Virus record (IMG/VR): IMGVR_UViG_2643221936_000002
Location: 1,699 to 65,698 of that record
Source of the DNA: a virus
Lineage: Duplodnaviria > Caudoviricetes
DNA: 64,000 nt
Reading direction: 5' to 3' (one strand)
Part shown: positions 20,232 through 28,335 of the stretch, piece by piece
Layout: every line of letters begins with the position of its first letter
How positions within the stretch are numbered: the first letter of the stretch is position 1
Position numbers and translations under genes: made by a program
Notes under the pieces: model-generated
Database searches by the model: none
What the model saw: the letters and a program-made list of their open reading frames with translations, nothing else
What the model was told of the DNA's origin: nothing

Positions 20232-20342
20232 GCGGTAGGATTCGTCGCTCCGGCCAGTCAAGGGTTCGCTACGCGCCGTCCTCGCCATGCGCGGCCTGCG
20301 GCCTGTGCGTGGCTCTGGGCGGCCCCTTGACTGCCCTACCGC
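20232..20342. promoter_or_regulatory. Long imperfect hairpin; candidate single-strand origin or ssDNA promoter
   Basis: GCGGTAGG...CAGTCAAGGG pairs with CCCTTGACTG...CCTACCGC. Confidence 0.5.
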
Positions 20343-20515
20343 TCCACTTGGCACCCGCCGAAAGGCAAACATCCCTCCAAAATCATTACAATCCAATCAG
20401 TTTGATTAAGGAACGCTATTCCATCACCGACATCAAATCCGCCCGGAGGATTCTCAAGAATCCCGATTTCTGCTATATATTTCTCAATAAATTCAGATAG
20501 AAAGCGGAGATTTCA

Positions 20516-20755
20516 ATGCGCCAGACGATCACGAAAATCAGGGGTTTGACGGTTAACGTCGAGATTATCGAAATCCATCAGTCGGACGCGCGCGGCGGCG
20601 TTATTTGGTACCATGCAGCGATCTACGTGCAGCGACACGGGAGCACAAAAAGGAAACTGGTGCGCAAGTCCAGGCTGCCCGGAGCTGCTGCGGAATTACA
20701 GAAGGAGATTCAGCGTGACGGAATTCAGTCGTTCGACCGCATTACACTTCGATAG
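20516..20755 (+). CDS. Hypothetical protein
   Basis: GCGGAG RBS, 79 aa. Confidence 0.55.
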   Translation: MRQTITKIRGLTVNVEIIEIHQSDARGGVIWYHAAIYVQRHGSTKRKLVRKSRLPGAAAELQKEIQRDGIQSFDRITLR

Positions 20756-22443
20756 AACGGCTTGCCTTTCAGCCTATTAACGAGTACGTGCGTACATCGA
20801 AAAAGATGTCGAAAGCTGCGGTCGAAAACGAGCGTTTGCAAAGTGTTACGGCAGAGTGGAGGTTCTCGTCCCTCTCCCGCTACCATCAAAACAGCCGACA
20901 TTTCCGGGCTGACCAAACTCGACAGATATCCCTTTATCTCGATCTGATAGTGCTCTCCGGGCTGACGCTTTGCGACAACCACACCCGCGATGACCTGCCT
21001 GAATGCCTGCGCCAGTTCAATTGACGGCTCGGCTTCCTTCTTAGTCAGTATTTCTGCCAGCGCTTCGACGTTCTGCCTGAAGATGCTGACGGCCTTAGGC
21101 TGGATCTCGATCACGTTTGCCAGCGGCGGTTCGGCTGCAAGTTCCTTTCGCCAGTGATCGCGCTGCGCTCGTAGACCGGGCAAGAGAGCTGCCGCGTCGT
21201 CGTCCTCGATCAATCCCTTCGAAAGCTTTTCGACAATGCGGGTTATGCCGTCCACGGCTTCCTGCAATGATTTCTCGGCCTGCGCTCGCCCTCGGCGCCG
21301 TTCGACTTCCACGCGACGGCGCTCGGCCTGATATTCCTTCACGTAGGCGTCGATGATCGCCGTGTCCGCGAACTGGATGCGGAGGGTGTCAATCACCTGC
21401 CGTTCGATCTTCTCGACGTAGTAACGGCCGTTGTTGTCGCAGCTGCGCGATTCTTTGTGGTTGCTGCAAACCACGCGCGGGCCGCTCCGGTCGGCGCCGA
21501 CGATCGACAATCCCCCACCACATGCACCGCATTTCAGCAGGCCGGATAGCAGGCGTTTGCTCTTGGGCGTCGTCCTGGAATGCTCGCCGCCGCGTTCGGC
21601 CTTCCGGCGCTGTACGATCTCGAACAGGGCGTCGTCGATGATCCGCAGATGCGGGGCGCTGGTCTCCTCGTAATCCGCCTCATCGTTCACGCGCGACACG
21701 CGGCGGCCGGTGGACGGGTCTTTCACCATCCGAACCCTGTTCCAGATAATTTTCCCGGCATAGATCGGATTGCGCAGGATACCGTTCCCCCGCTGGCCGT
21801 TGCCGTTGATCGTCGAGGCGTTCCACTGTGTTCCTCGCGGTGCCGGTACCGATTCGCTGTTCAGCGCGCCCGCGATTGCCCGCGGCGAAAATCCATCCCG
21901 ATACATCTCGAAAATGCGGCGCACCGTGCCGGCCTCGGCTTCCACGATCTCCAGTTCTCCGGGTTTACCGACCGTCGGCGTGTAGCCGTAGGCCTTGCCG
22001 CCAGCGTTACGGCCGGAGCGAACCACGCCAACCATCCCGCGCTTGACCTTCTTCGCGCCTTCCTCTCGCTGCATCTGGCCGATGACGCCATACATTCCGA
22101 CCTGAAGCGTCTCGATCTTTCCGCCGTTGACGCAGTTGATCTCGACTGAACGGAACGTCAGGTTTTTGTGGATGTGGGCGAGGTCGCCGATATCGCGAGA
22201 CAGGCGGTCTGTCGCCTCGGCAATTACCATGTCGAAGGCAGAGAGTTCAGCCGCCTGCATCAGGGCTGACAGACCGGGACGCCCGAACATGGAGGCTCCC
22301 GATTTTGCCCGGTCGTGGTATTCGCTGACGACAGTCACACCAAGGCGGTCGGCATGGGATCGACACACCCGAATCTGATCTTCGACGGACTGGTCGTTCT
22401 GCAGGTCCGTCGAATATCGTGCGTAGATGACCGCTCTCTTCAT
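20725..22443 (-). CDS. int: Large serine recombinase (prophage integrase)
   Basis: YARYST..Q...S..DQ, DRLSRD, recombinase domain (YGY, ILRNPIYAG) and Zn ribbon LLSGLLKCGACG. Confidence 0.95.
   Translation of the reverse strand: MKRAVIYARYSTDLQNDQSVEDQIRVCRSHADRLGVTVVSEYHDRAKSGASMFGRPGLSALMQAAELSAFDMVIAEATDRLSRDIGDLAHIHKNLTFRSVEINCVNGGKIETLQVGMYGVIGQMQREEGAKKVKRGMVGVVRSGRNAGGKAYGYTPTVGKPGELEIVEAEAGTVRRIFEMYRDGFSPRAIAGALNSESVPAPRGTQWNASTINGNGQRGNGILRNPIYAGKIIWNRVRMVKDPSTGRRVSRVNDEADYEETSAPHLRIIDDALFEIVQRRKAERGGEHSRTTPKSKRLLSGLLKCGACGGGLSIVGADRSGPRVVCSNHKESRSCDNNGRYYVEKIERQVIDTLRIQFADTAIIDAYVKEYQAERRRVEVERRRGRAQAEKSLQEAVDGITRIVEKLSKGLIEDDDAAALLPGLRAQRDHWRKELAAEPPLANVIEIQPKAVSIFRQNVEALAEILTKKEAEPSIELAQAFRQVIAGVVVAKRQPGEHYQIEIKGYLSSLVSPEMSAVLMVAGEGREPPLCRNTLQTLVFDRSFRHLFRCTHVLVNRLKGKPFYRSVMRSND
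20858..20885 (+). other. tRNA-3'-end-like sequence, probable prophage att junction
   Basis: GGAGGTTCTCGTCCCTCTCCCGCTACCA (degenerate T-arm, acceptor strand, CCA) inside the 3' end of the serine integrase ORF. Confidence 0.55.
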
Positions 22444-22571
22444 TGCTTCCTTGCGCCTTCGTCTTTTTTCTCATCGTCATTAGCGGCGGGGGGCGGTGTA
22501 GCGTCAAGGCGCGCCTGCCGCCGTGCGAGGGCTTTGACGAAGGCGATTAGCGGGGTATCCGGCTCAACCAT
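22440..22571 (-). CDS. Small protein upstream of the integrase (possible directionality factor)
   Basis: PLIAFVKALARRQARLD; ATGA overlap with int; start uncertain. Confidence 0.5.
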   Translation of the reverse strand: MVEPDTPLIAFVKALARRQARLDATPPPAANDDEKKDEGARKQ

Positions 22572-22875
22572 CAGCGTTGTCCCCACTATCCCCGTTATCC
22601 ACAGAGGTCCCTGTGAAGAACGCGAGCGCGCCGCGAATGAGAGGTGCGGCCAAGTTGGGGCAGCTATCATCGCATTCTCTAGCGGCCTGGCGAAGCGCAG
22701 TCACAGCGCCTTCCATCATGGTCGCGTGTTCGGTGGTCGTGGCCAGTTCTTCCAGGACAGCGCTGTGTGCCTGCTCCATCGTCGTCAAGCCAACCTTGTC
22801 GTCAGCCGGCCATTCGTTGTAGGCCCTCTCGATCTTCTGATAGCGAGAGACAAGTTCCATAAGTGGATCGGTCAT
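22564..22875 (-). CDS. Phage hypothetical protein
   Basis: Coupled member of the leftward early operon. Confidence 0.6.
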   Translation of the reverse strand: MTDPLMELVSRYQKIERAYNEWPADDKVGLTTMEQAHSAVLEELATTTEHATMMEGAVTALRQAARECDDSCPNLAAPLIRGALAFFTGTSVDNGDSGDNADG

Positions 22876-23060
22876 CGGCTGGGCACTCCGATCAGCTTGA
22901 GGCGCCCGCAAAGGTGGCTGTCCTCATCCATCGTCTCTTCGCGATCATCGTCTTCGAGATCAGGGTCGCCGTCGAGGTGGTCGAGCAACGCGATGGCGTT
23001 ATCGATCCAGCGTTCAAGCTCCTGCCGGCGGAACTGGTATATCGCAGGGGAGGCTGTCAT
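22872..23060 (-). CDS. Phage hypothetical protein
   Basis: IALLDHLDGDPDLED motif common in alphaproteobacterial prophages; ATGA overlaps. Confidence 0.65.
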   Translation of the reverse strand: MTASPAIYQFRRQELERWIDNAIALLDHLDGDPDLEDDDREETMDEDSHLCGRLKLIGVPSR

Positions 23061-23266
23061 TTGAGCTCCCCCTGGATTTCCTCAATTCGCTCTTCGACGG
23101 CGAGAAGTTTGCTGTCAATTTCGCCCGAAACGGCTTGGATCGCATTCGTCGCATCGCGTGTCAGCGAGCGGTCGGCAGCGGCCATGAAGACGGCCTCGTT
23201 GAGATATCGGACGGTGGCGAGAAGATCCACGATGTCGCCAAGGCGGCGTTCGATGTTGTCTGTCAT
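23057..23266 (-). CDS. Phage hypothetical protein
   Basis: ATGA coupling on both sides. Confidence 0.65.
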   Translation of the reverse strand: MTDNIERRLGDIVDLLATVRYLNEAVFMAAADRSLTRDATNAIQAVSGEIDSKLLAVEERIEEIQGELK

Positions 23267-23640
23267 CGTCCGGCCTCCCAACTTGCATAGGCATTGGTGC
23301 CGGTGACATCGTCGGCCAATAGCGGCGATCCGTCATCAATGTGAACTTTCGCAACCGGTGCCGAGCGCTTTCCGACGTGATCCCCGACGACCAGCGCGAA
23401 CTGATGTTCGTGACATACCTCGGCACGCCACAAGTGGTCGGGATGCATCTTGGCCATGGCGTCGGCCAGTGCGTTGGCGTGATACCTGACAATTTCAGCC
23501 GGCGTTGCCTTGGCGAGAAAGTCGTCGATGCTCATGGGGACCGGTGCCGTGGCGGCGACGGCGACCGCTGCCATCGGCGGAAAGGATGCGCCGGCCAAGA
23601 GAGCGAGCGACTGACGGCGGGTCAAATTGATCGTTTTCAC
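23263..23640 (-). CDS. Phage hypothetical protein with twin-Arg-like N-terminus
   Basis: LTRRQSLALLAG; GTGA coupling. Confidence 0.6.
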   Translation of the reverse strand: MKTINLTRRQSLALLAGASFPPMAAVAVAATAPVPMSIDDFLAKATPAEIVRYHANALADAMAKMHPDHLWRAEVCHEHQFALVVGDHVGKRSAPVAKVHIDDGSPLLADDVTGTNAYASWEAGR

Positions 23641-24245
23641 AGGCCCGCCCTCCGTTCGCGCTCCGACTTGATCCAGCCGAGTGCAGCCTTCATCATCCCG
23701 GTAATGCGCGGCGTTTCGCCGATGTCGTGGTCTTGAATAGCGAGTTCGAGTGCCTGTTCCGCCTCAGCAACGCTTGCGGCCGGTCGGCTCCAGTTCGCAA
23801 TAATTCGCTCCGAGGCCTTATGGTCGGTCGGCAGCACGGCATTCCGATCACCGCTTTCATCCGCAGCGATCGAAGCTGCAAGGAAGTCGTTCCAATCGGC
23901 GCGATAACGATAGATCGCGTAGGCCAAGGTGGACGCGGCCGGTTCAACCGCCTTCTGGTCGCAATTGTCAACGAACCAAGGGCAGGGGCCATCAAGGACT
24001 ACGGTTTTCGCGCTGATCCGCTTGGTGTGTTCGATGGCGATCCGCTGGATAGACGCGACCTGATCCAGCTCTTCATTGCGTGAGCCGTCGGCGTGAGCGT
24101 AATGCATCTCGTGCAAGATGTTGTAGCTCGCCTGCAGGAGGTGCAGCAGGTCGCTGACTTCGTAGACGATATCGCTGGGGTGGAAGTCGGCGGGCAGGTT
24201 GTTTTTCGGCATGGCTTCGCCAGCGGCCGGAACGGTGTTCGGCAT
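23637..24245 (-). CDS. Phage hypothetical protein
   Basis: GGAGA RBS; MPNTVPAAGEAMP start typical of rhizobial prophage early genes. Confidence 0.7.
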   Translation of the reverse strand: MPNTVPAAGEAMPKNNLPADFHPSDIVYEVSDLLHLLQASYNILHEMHYAHADGSRNEELDQVASIQRIAIEHTKRISAKTVVLDGPCPWFVDNCDQKAVEPAASTLAYAIYRYRADWNDFLAASIAADESGDRNAVLPTDHKASERIIANWSRPAASVAEAEQALELAIQDHDIGETPRITGMMKAALGWIKSERERRAGL

Positions 24246-24313
24246 TGGTATTCTCCAGATTTGAAAGGGTGGAGATCGGCGCAGTTGTGCGCCGGTCGCT
24301 GGTTAAGCGGGCG

Positions 24314-24646
24314 TCATTCAATCTGTCCGTAGATGAATGTGGTCAGCTTCCTTGTGGGGCCGATTGTCGTATCAGCTTCGAAAATAAGCCATTGTTCACC
24401 GCGCTCGGGTGCATGGTGATAGGTGTTCGACGAAGCGAAGCCCGTTGCGCACAGTTCCAATAATGCACGCATCACGTGGAGCGACACAGTCGGCTCATCG
24501 GTCTCGAAGTGTTTGATAATGTGCGACAGCAGTGCTTCATAGGCTACCGGTTCAATCCGCGTTGCTATGAACCTGATCACCTCGGCCAGAACCGCTGCCT
24601 TGCTTTCCGGTGCGAGTTCGCCGCCTTGTTCGCAGACCAGGGTCAT
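24314..24646 (-). CDS. Phage hypothetical protein
   Basis: ATGA overlap with the antirepressor stop. Confidence 0.6.
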   Translation of the reverse strand: MTLVCEQGGELAPESKAAVLAEVIRFIATRIEPVAYEALLSHIIKHFETDEPTVSLHVMRALLELCATGFASSNTYHHAPERGEQWLIFEADTTIGPTRKLTTFIYGQIE

Positions 24647-25515
24647 AGCAGCGTCTCCGTCAACTGGCGTTGAACAAGGGCGATGACACTGGTCGGCCAC
24701 ATGATCTGCTTGACGGGCCGGCCCTTAAAATCCTTCTTGCCGGTGTCGAAGATATCGCCGCCGGCGGCGCGACCCGCGTCAGTCAAATCCCAATAGGCGA
24801 TCCGCATCTTGCCGGGGCGCTTACCTGGAATGCGGTGCGCCGCTTGAAGGCCGAGCTTTTCAAGGATCAGGTTCACCTCGTTCTCCGTTTTGGTTGGGTC
24901 AGTCCGCTCGCCGACCGAAGTGGAGTTGATGAACTGCTGGGAAATATCAGCCTTCAGATGTGTTACGCCGGTAAGTTCGAGCACATTCACCCCGGTCTCG
25001 CGTTGGGTTGCCATTGCTGCCGAAAGCGCACGCTGATTGCCTTTCAGGCCGAGCAGCCCTGCGAGACGACTGAAACCATGCATGACGTCGCCGACGGTCT
25101 TGAGCTTCTTTGAGAGAGGCAAGCGCGACACGTCTATCGCGCCTTCTTGTGCGGCAAAATAGACGTCTACCATATCGCCCTGGACTTCCCACGCCCGATC
25201 GTCATTCATCGGCTTGGTCAGCTTGAGGTATCCGCGTTCAGTCAAAACGTTGGCCCGCGCTGTCCTCGAAGGGAAAATACCCAACTGCGACATCGTACGT
25301 ATTTCGTCCGATGTCAGACTGTGGAAATCCGCGCCTTCGACAAACCGGTCACGGTTTTCGTTGAAAGTGCGACGGGCTGTGTCGTCTGGCCGCTGGTGTA
25401 TTTCATCGACCTGAGACATCGTGACGATCGGCTCGCCGCGATAGGTGATGCGCTTAACATCGACCCCACCGATTGAAACCGTAGGCATAAGTGTGCTACT
25501 GGACTGGCTGTCCAT
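24643..25515 (-). CDS. ORF6N/KilA-N antirepressor-like protein
   Basis: ITYRGEPIVTMSQVDEIHQRP..TARRTFNENRDRFVEGADF...LTERGYLKLTKPMNDDRAWEVQ..MVDVYF. Confidence 0.85.
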   Translation of the reverse strand: MDSQSSSTLMPTVSIGGVDVKRITYRGEPIVTMSQVDEIHQRPDDTARRTFNENRDRFVEGADFHSLTSDEIRTMSQLGIFPSRTARANVLTERGYLKLTKPMNDDRAWEVQGDMVDVYFAAQEGAIDVSRLPLSKKLKTVGDVMHGFSRLAGLLGLKGNQRALSAAMATQRETGVNVLELTGVTHLKADISQQFINSTSVGERTDPTKTENEVNLILEKLGLQAAHRIPGKRPGKMRIAYWDLTDAGRAAGGDIFDTGKKDFKGRPVKQIMWPTSVIALVQRQLTETLL

Positions 25516-25630
25516 TTCGGCATCCTCATTGTTGAAACTGGCATTCCGATTTCCGCGCTACGAACGCGGCAGTCATTTCGAGAACGGCTATCGAGGCGGG
25601 CTGGCACCCGATTCGGTGGCCGTTTTCATC

Positions 25631-25846
25631 TTAGGCTAACCCTGCTTTTTCAGATGCGCAGGAAATTTCGTTGTCATTCCTTCCAACGCTTTGAAATTTG
25701 ATCATTCTTTCCCGCACGGCACGAATGATTTCGCTGTTCTGCGAGCTGCCATTTTGCTCTGCCTGCTGGTCGAGGAAGAGCCTCACGTCATCGGGCAGCC
25801 GGAACGTGGTCTTTATCTTTTGGCTCTGGATACGATCGGACCGCAT
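25631..25846 (-). CDS. Arc-family ribbon-helix-helix regulator
   Basis: TTFRLPDDVRLFLDQQAEQNGSSQNSEIIRAV. Confidence 0.85.
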   Translation of the reverse strand: MRSDRIQSQKIKTTFRLPDDVRLFLDQQAEQNGSSQNSEIIRAVRERMIKFQSVGRNDNEISCASEKAGLA

Positions 25847-25872
25847 CTATTAATCCTTTGTTAGGAAGAGAA

Positions 25873-25951
25873 TGGCATGATGCCATCACGTCCGCAAGTA
25901 GCTGGCATAGTGCCATCATTTATTTTCTGTGGACATGGCATTATGGTATCA
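25873..25951. promoter_or_regulatory. Three palindromic operators between divergent Arc genes
   Basis: TGGCATGATGCCATCA (25873), TGGCATAGTGCCATCA (25903), TGGCATTATGGTATCA (25936). Confidence 0.75.
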
Positions 25952-25954
25952 CTT

Positions 25955-26365
25955 ATGGCTGTCTCTCTTGCAAAAGACCTCGACAAGTTTGTGCTGCGCC
26001 TCCCATCAGGGTTGCGGGATCGCATCAAAGTCGTGGCCGAGGAAAACAACCGCTCTATGAATGCGGAAATTGTTGCCACGCTTGAAGTGAAATATCCGGA
26101 AGTCGCGTTTGACGTCGGGGCGTTCATGACTGATTGGATGATCCCAATCCTGCGAGCGACGTCCAGCGCGGGCCGAAGGGCGACTGTCGGCGCGGCGAAC
26201 GCGTATCTCGACAAGAACAACCCGGGCATGTTCGTGGAGCTTTTGGAGGATGACGATCGTCGCCCGCAGGTCGTGTTAAACTCTAATGGCGCTCGGATCA
26301 TGGTGTCTGAGCCTCCGGCGCCGCAGCAGCCAGCAAAAGAGAATGAAGAAACGCCTGAAGAGTAG
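25955..26365 (+). CDS. Arc/Mnt-family regulator with C-terminal extension
   Basis: DKFVLRLPSGLRDRIKVVAEENNRSMNAEIVATLE. Confidence 0.85.
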   Translation: MAVSLAKDLDKFVLRLPSGLRDRIKVVAEENNRSMNAEIVATLEVKYPEVAFDVGAFMTDWMIPILRATSSAGRRATVGAANAYLDKNNPGMFVELLEDDDRRPQVVLNSNGARIMVSEPPAPQQPAKENEETPEE

Positions 26366-26654
26366 CCACCCCGCCGTACTCATCGTAATCAAGGCACTCG
26401 ACCAGCTTCATCCGCTCGCCGACTGATCCGTTCAGGATGTAATGGAGCTTGAGCTGTACATCCTCGACCGTGGCGCACGGTGCCGAGATCATGGCGAGGT
26501 AGGCGACAATCTCGGCGGCGCCGGTTCTGTCGGCCAAGGCCACGGATTTTGGCCAGCCTCCATTGAAGAACGAAGATTCGTCGATATCGATTGCCTGGCG
26601 GTGCGCCTCGATCGCTTGCGCGACCGTGTGGGGCGGGGTGACGGCGATGTTCAT
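26298..26654 (-). CDS. Phage hypothetical protein, first gene after PL
   Basis: GGAG RBS; downstream of the PL-like promoter. Confidence 0.6.
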   Translation of the reverse strand: MNIAVTPPHTVAQAIEAHRQAIDIDESSFFNGGWPKSVALADRTGAAEIVAYLAMISAPCATVEDVQLKLHYILNGSVGERMKLVECLDYDEYGGVATLQAFLHSLLLAAAAPEAQTP

Positions 26655-26681
26655 GTCGGCTCCATCGGTTAAGATGGAGTA

Positions 26682-26732
26682 AACATAACGAATGATTTTT
26701 CAGCCGTCAATCTTCACGACTGAAATATCATT
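26682..26732 (-). promoter_or_regulatory. PL-like promoter with two operators
   Basis: TTGACG-N17-TATGTT on minus; operators AATGATTTTTCAGC (26691) and ACTGAAATATCATT (26719) match those between cI and cro. Confidence 0.7.
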
Positions 26733-27495
26733 CGCCATCTGAAATTTCCCGTTCCACCCTGATGAGGACGCCGAAAACGCGCACTTGCCCGTCGTGGATG
26801 TGATAACGGTTCGGATCCCCGTCGATGCCTTCATCTGTGACATCGGCTAGTTCAATTGTGATCGATCTAGATTTCACGGCGTTTTCGTCGGCGTTGCCGA
26901 TCAAAAAGCTGATCCTGCGGCCATCGTTGGACACATACCTCACACTGATCTCAAATATGCCATGCGCCACTCGGCGCTTTACGCCTACAAGCATACCGTT
27001 CCGAAGTGGGATGGCTTCCTTGGGGTCTTTGGGATGGGCGAACGTAAGAATATCGCCTTTGATGATATGGAAGCTTGAAAACGAATCGTCGCCCATCGTC
27101 GATGCGGACGTGTCCCAATTGGCGTACTTCCTACTGGGTCGCACATACGTGTGAAGAAGTGCCTTGCTCAACCCGGAACGGAAGACCTCGTCTTCTTGAT
27201 AAATGCCCACTTGGAGAGACCCGACGATGGGAACCCGCGCCGGCCCCATTCTTGGAATGTCATCGGCTGCAGGCTGCTTATCCGGTGCGTCTGTAGCTCC
27301 CACTAGGAACGCGAGCGTGCAGTCCAGCACCACAGCAAGCTTCTCAAGGGTAGCGAGGCGGGGGCTTCCAGAATTCCCAGAGAGAATATCTGTGATAGCA
27401 GAGCGCCCTAGGCCCGCCTCTAGCGAGGCTCCGGCGGCGCTTTTCCCGATTTCTTCGAGGCGATTTTTTATTCGATTAGCGAGTTCGTTTTCCAT
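26728..27495 (-). CDS. cI: CI-like repressor (XRE HTH plus S24-like C-terminal domain)
   Basis: KSAAGASLEAGLGRSAITDILSG..SPRLATLEKLA HTH; VPIVG linker; divergent from cro. Confidence 0.85.
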   Translation of the reverse strand: MENELANRIKNRLEEIGKSAAGASLEAGLGRSAITDILSGNSGSPRLATLEKLAVVLDCTLAFLVGATDAPDKQPAADDIPRMGPARVPIVGSLQVGIYQEDEVFRSGLSKALLHTYVRPSRKYANWDTSASTMGDDSFSSFHIIKGDILTFAHPKDPKEAIPLRNGMLVGVKRRVAHGIFEISVRYVSNDGRRISFLIGNADENAVKSRSITIELADVTDEGIDGDPNRYHIHDGQVRVFGVLIRVEREISDGE

Positions 27496-27602
27496 GGCTG
27501 ATTTATCCGACACAATCTCTGAAAAAGCCAGACTGATTTTTCAGTCGAACGGTTTACAGGCGAATGATTTATCAGTATGTTTAACGGATGGAAAACGAAC
27601 TC
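27481..27602. repeat. Perfect 15-bp inverted repeat formed by the first five codons of cI and cro
   Basis: 27481-27495 GAGTTCGTTTTCCAT is the reverse complement of 27588-27602 ATGGAAAACGAACTC. Confidence 0.95.
27496..27587. promoter_or_regulatory. OR region: PR (TTTACA-N17-TATGTT) and three TGATTTWTC operators
   Basis: Operators at 27497, 27532, 27563. The -10 ends 6 nt before the cro ATG with no Shine-Dalgarno, suggesting a leaderless mRNA. Confidence 0.75.
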
Positions 27603-27857
27603 CGCAAAATCTTGCTCACTACAGCCAGCGAATTCGCGAGCGTCGAACGCTGTGCAATCTCAACAGTTTCCCGCCGCGTTAAGAACGACGCGACGTTTTT
27701 CACCCGCATCGCAGACAAGTCGAAAAGTTTCACCGCAAGAACCTTCGACGAGGTCATGCTGTGGTTCGCTGAAAACTGGCCAGCCGACCAGCAGAGGCCG
27801 CTCGATCTTATGAAATGGATGGCGGATGTGGGATTCCGTCCAGCGGTGTCTGCATGA
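27588..27857 (+). CDS. cro: Cro-like regulator
   Basis: AISTVSRRVKNDATFFTRI...FTARTFDEVMLWFAENWP; position opposite cI. Confidence 0.75.
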   Translation: MENELRKILLTTASEFASVERCAISTVSRRVKNDATFFTRIADKSKSFTARTFDEVMLWFAENWPADQQRPLDLMKWMADVGFRPAVSA

Positions 27858-28063
27858 CCGCCCCTCACGTGCATGCACGTGCGAGAGAGCTTCCGCATCC
27901 GCCGGAAGTCGTCGAGGCCGCACAGTATTTGTCCGACACGCCGGCGCCGCCACGCCCGATTGTCCCGCACCTGACCGAGCGCTTCGGCCTCGACCCGTCC
28001 AAGGCCTGCGCCGCGATCTACCTCGCCGGCGAAATGCGGCTGCTGCGGAGGGTGTTCGGATGA
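27854..28063 (+). CDS. Phage hypothetical protein
   Basis: VEAAQYLS....PRPIVPHLTERFGL; ATGA coupling. Confidence 0.65.
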   Translation: MTAPHVHARARELPHPPEVVEAAQYLSDTPAPPRPIVPHLTERFGLDPSKACAAIYLAGEMRLLRRVFG

Positions 28064-28335
28064 CGATCGCGATCACACGTCGGGACGGCGTTGTCATATT
28101 CCCGGTACACCGAACCCGTCCACCATCCATCATGCTTCGGTTTGCCGGTCACGTAGTGAAGCTGCCAAAAACAGAACTTGGCCGGCATTTCCTGATCCGG
28201 GCGCTGCGCTTCGGAGACAAGCTCGAATGGTACGGTCCCGGTTATGACTGGGACGCGGAAGCAAAAAGTATTCGCGATGCACATGAGTGGTGCGACCGTC
28301 AAGAATGTCAGAATGACGAAGGAGCGTCACAGTGA
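28060..28335 (+). CDS. Phage hypothetical protein
   Basis: ATGA/GTGA coupling. Confidence 0.6.
   Translation: MTIAITRRDGVVIFPVHRTRPPSIMLRFAGHVVKLPKTELGRHFLIRALRFGDKLEWYGPGYDWDAEAKSIRDAHEWCDRQECQNDEGASQ

Larger units (their letters stand above)
985..20885. mobile_element. Integrative/mobilisable element or genomic island (integrase, RC Rep, Mob, resolvase, defence cargo); boundaries approximate
   Basis: Clustering of mobility genes, patches of lower GC, and a tRNA-3'-like remnant at the right edge. Confidence 0.65.

Noticed and set aside
20858-20885. Functional tRNA gene
   Set aside because: Only a 3' fragment with a corrupted T-loop (TTCTCGT); no D or anticodon arm upstream.
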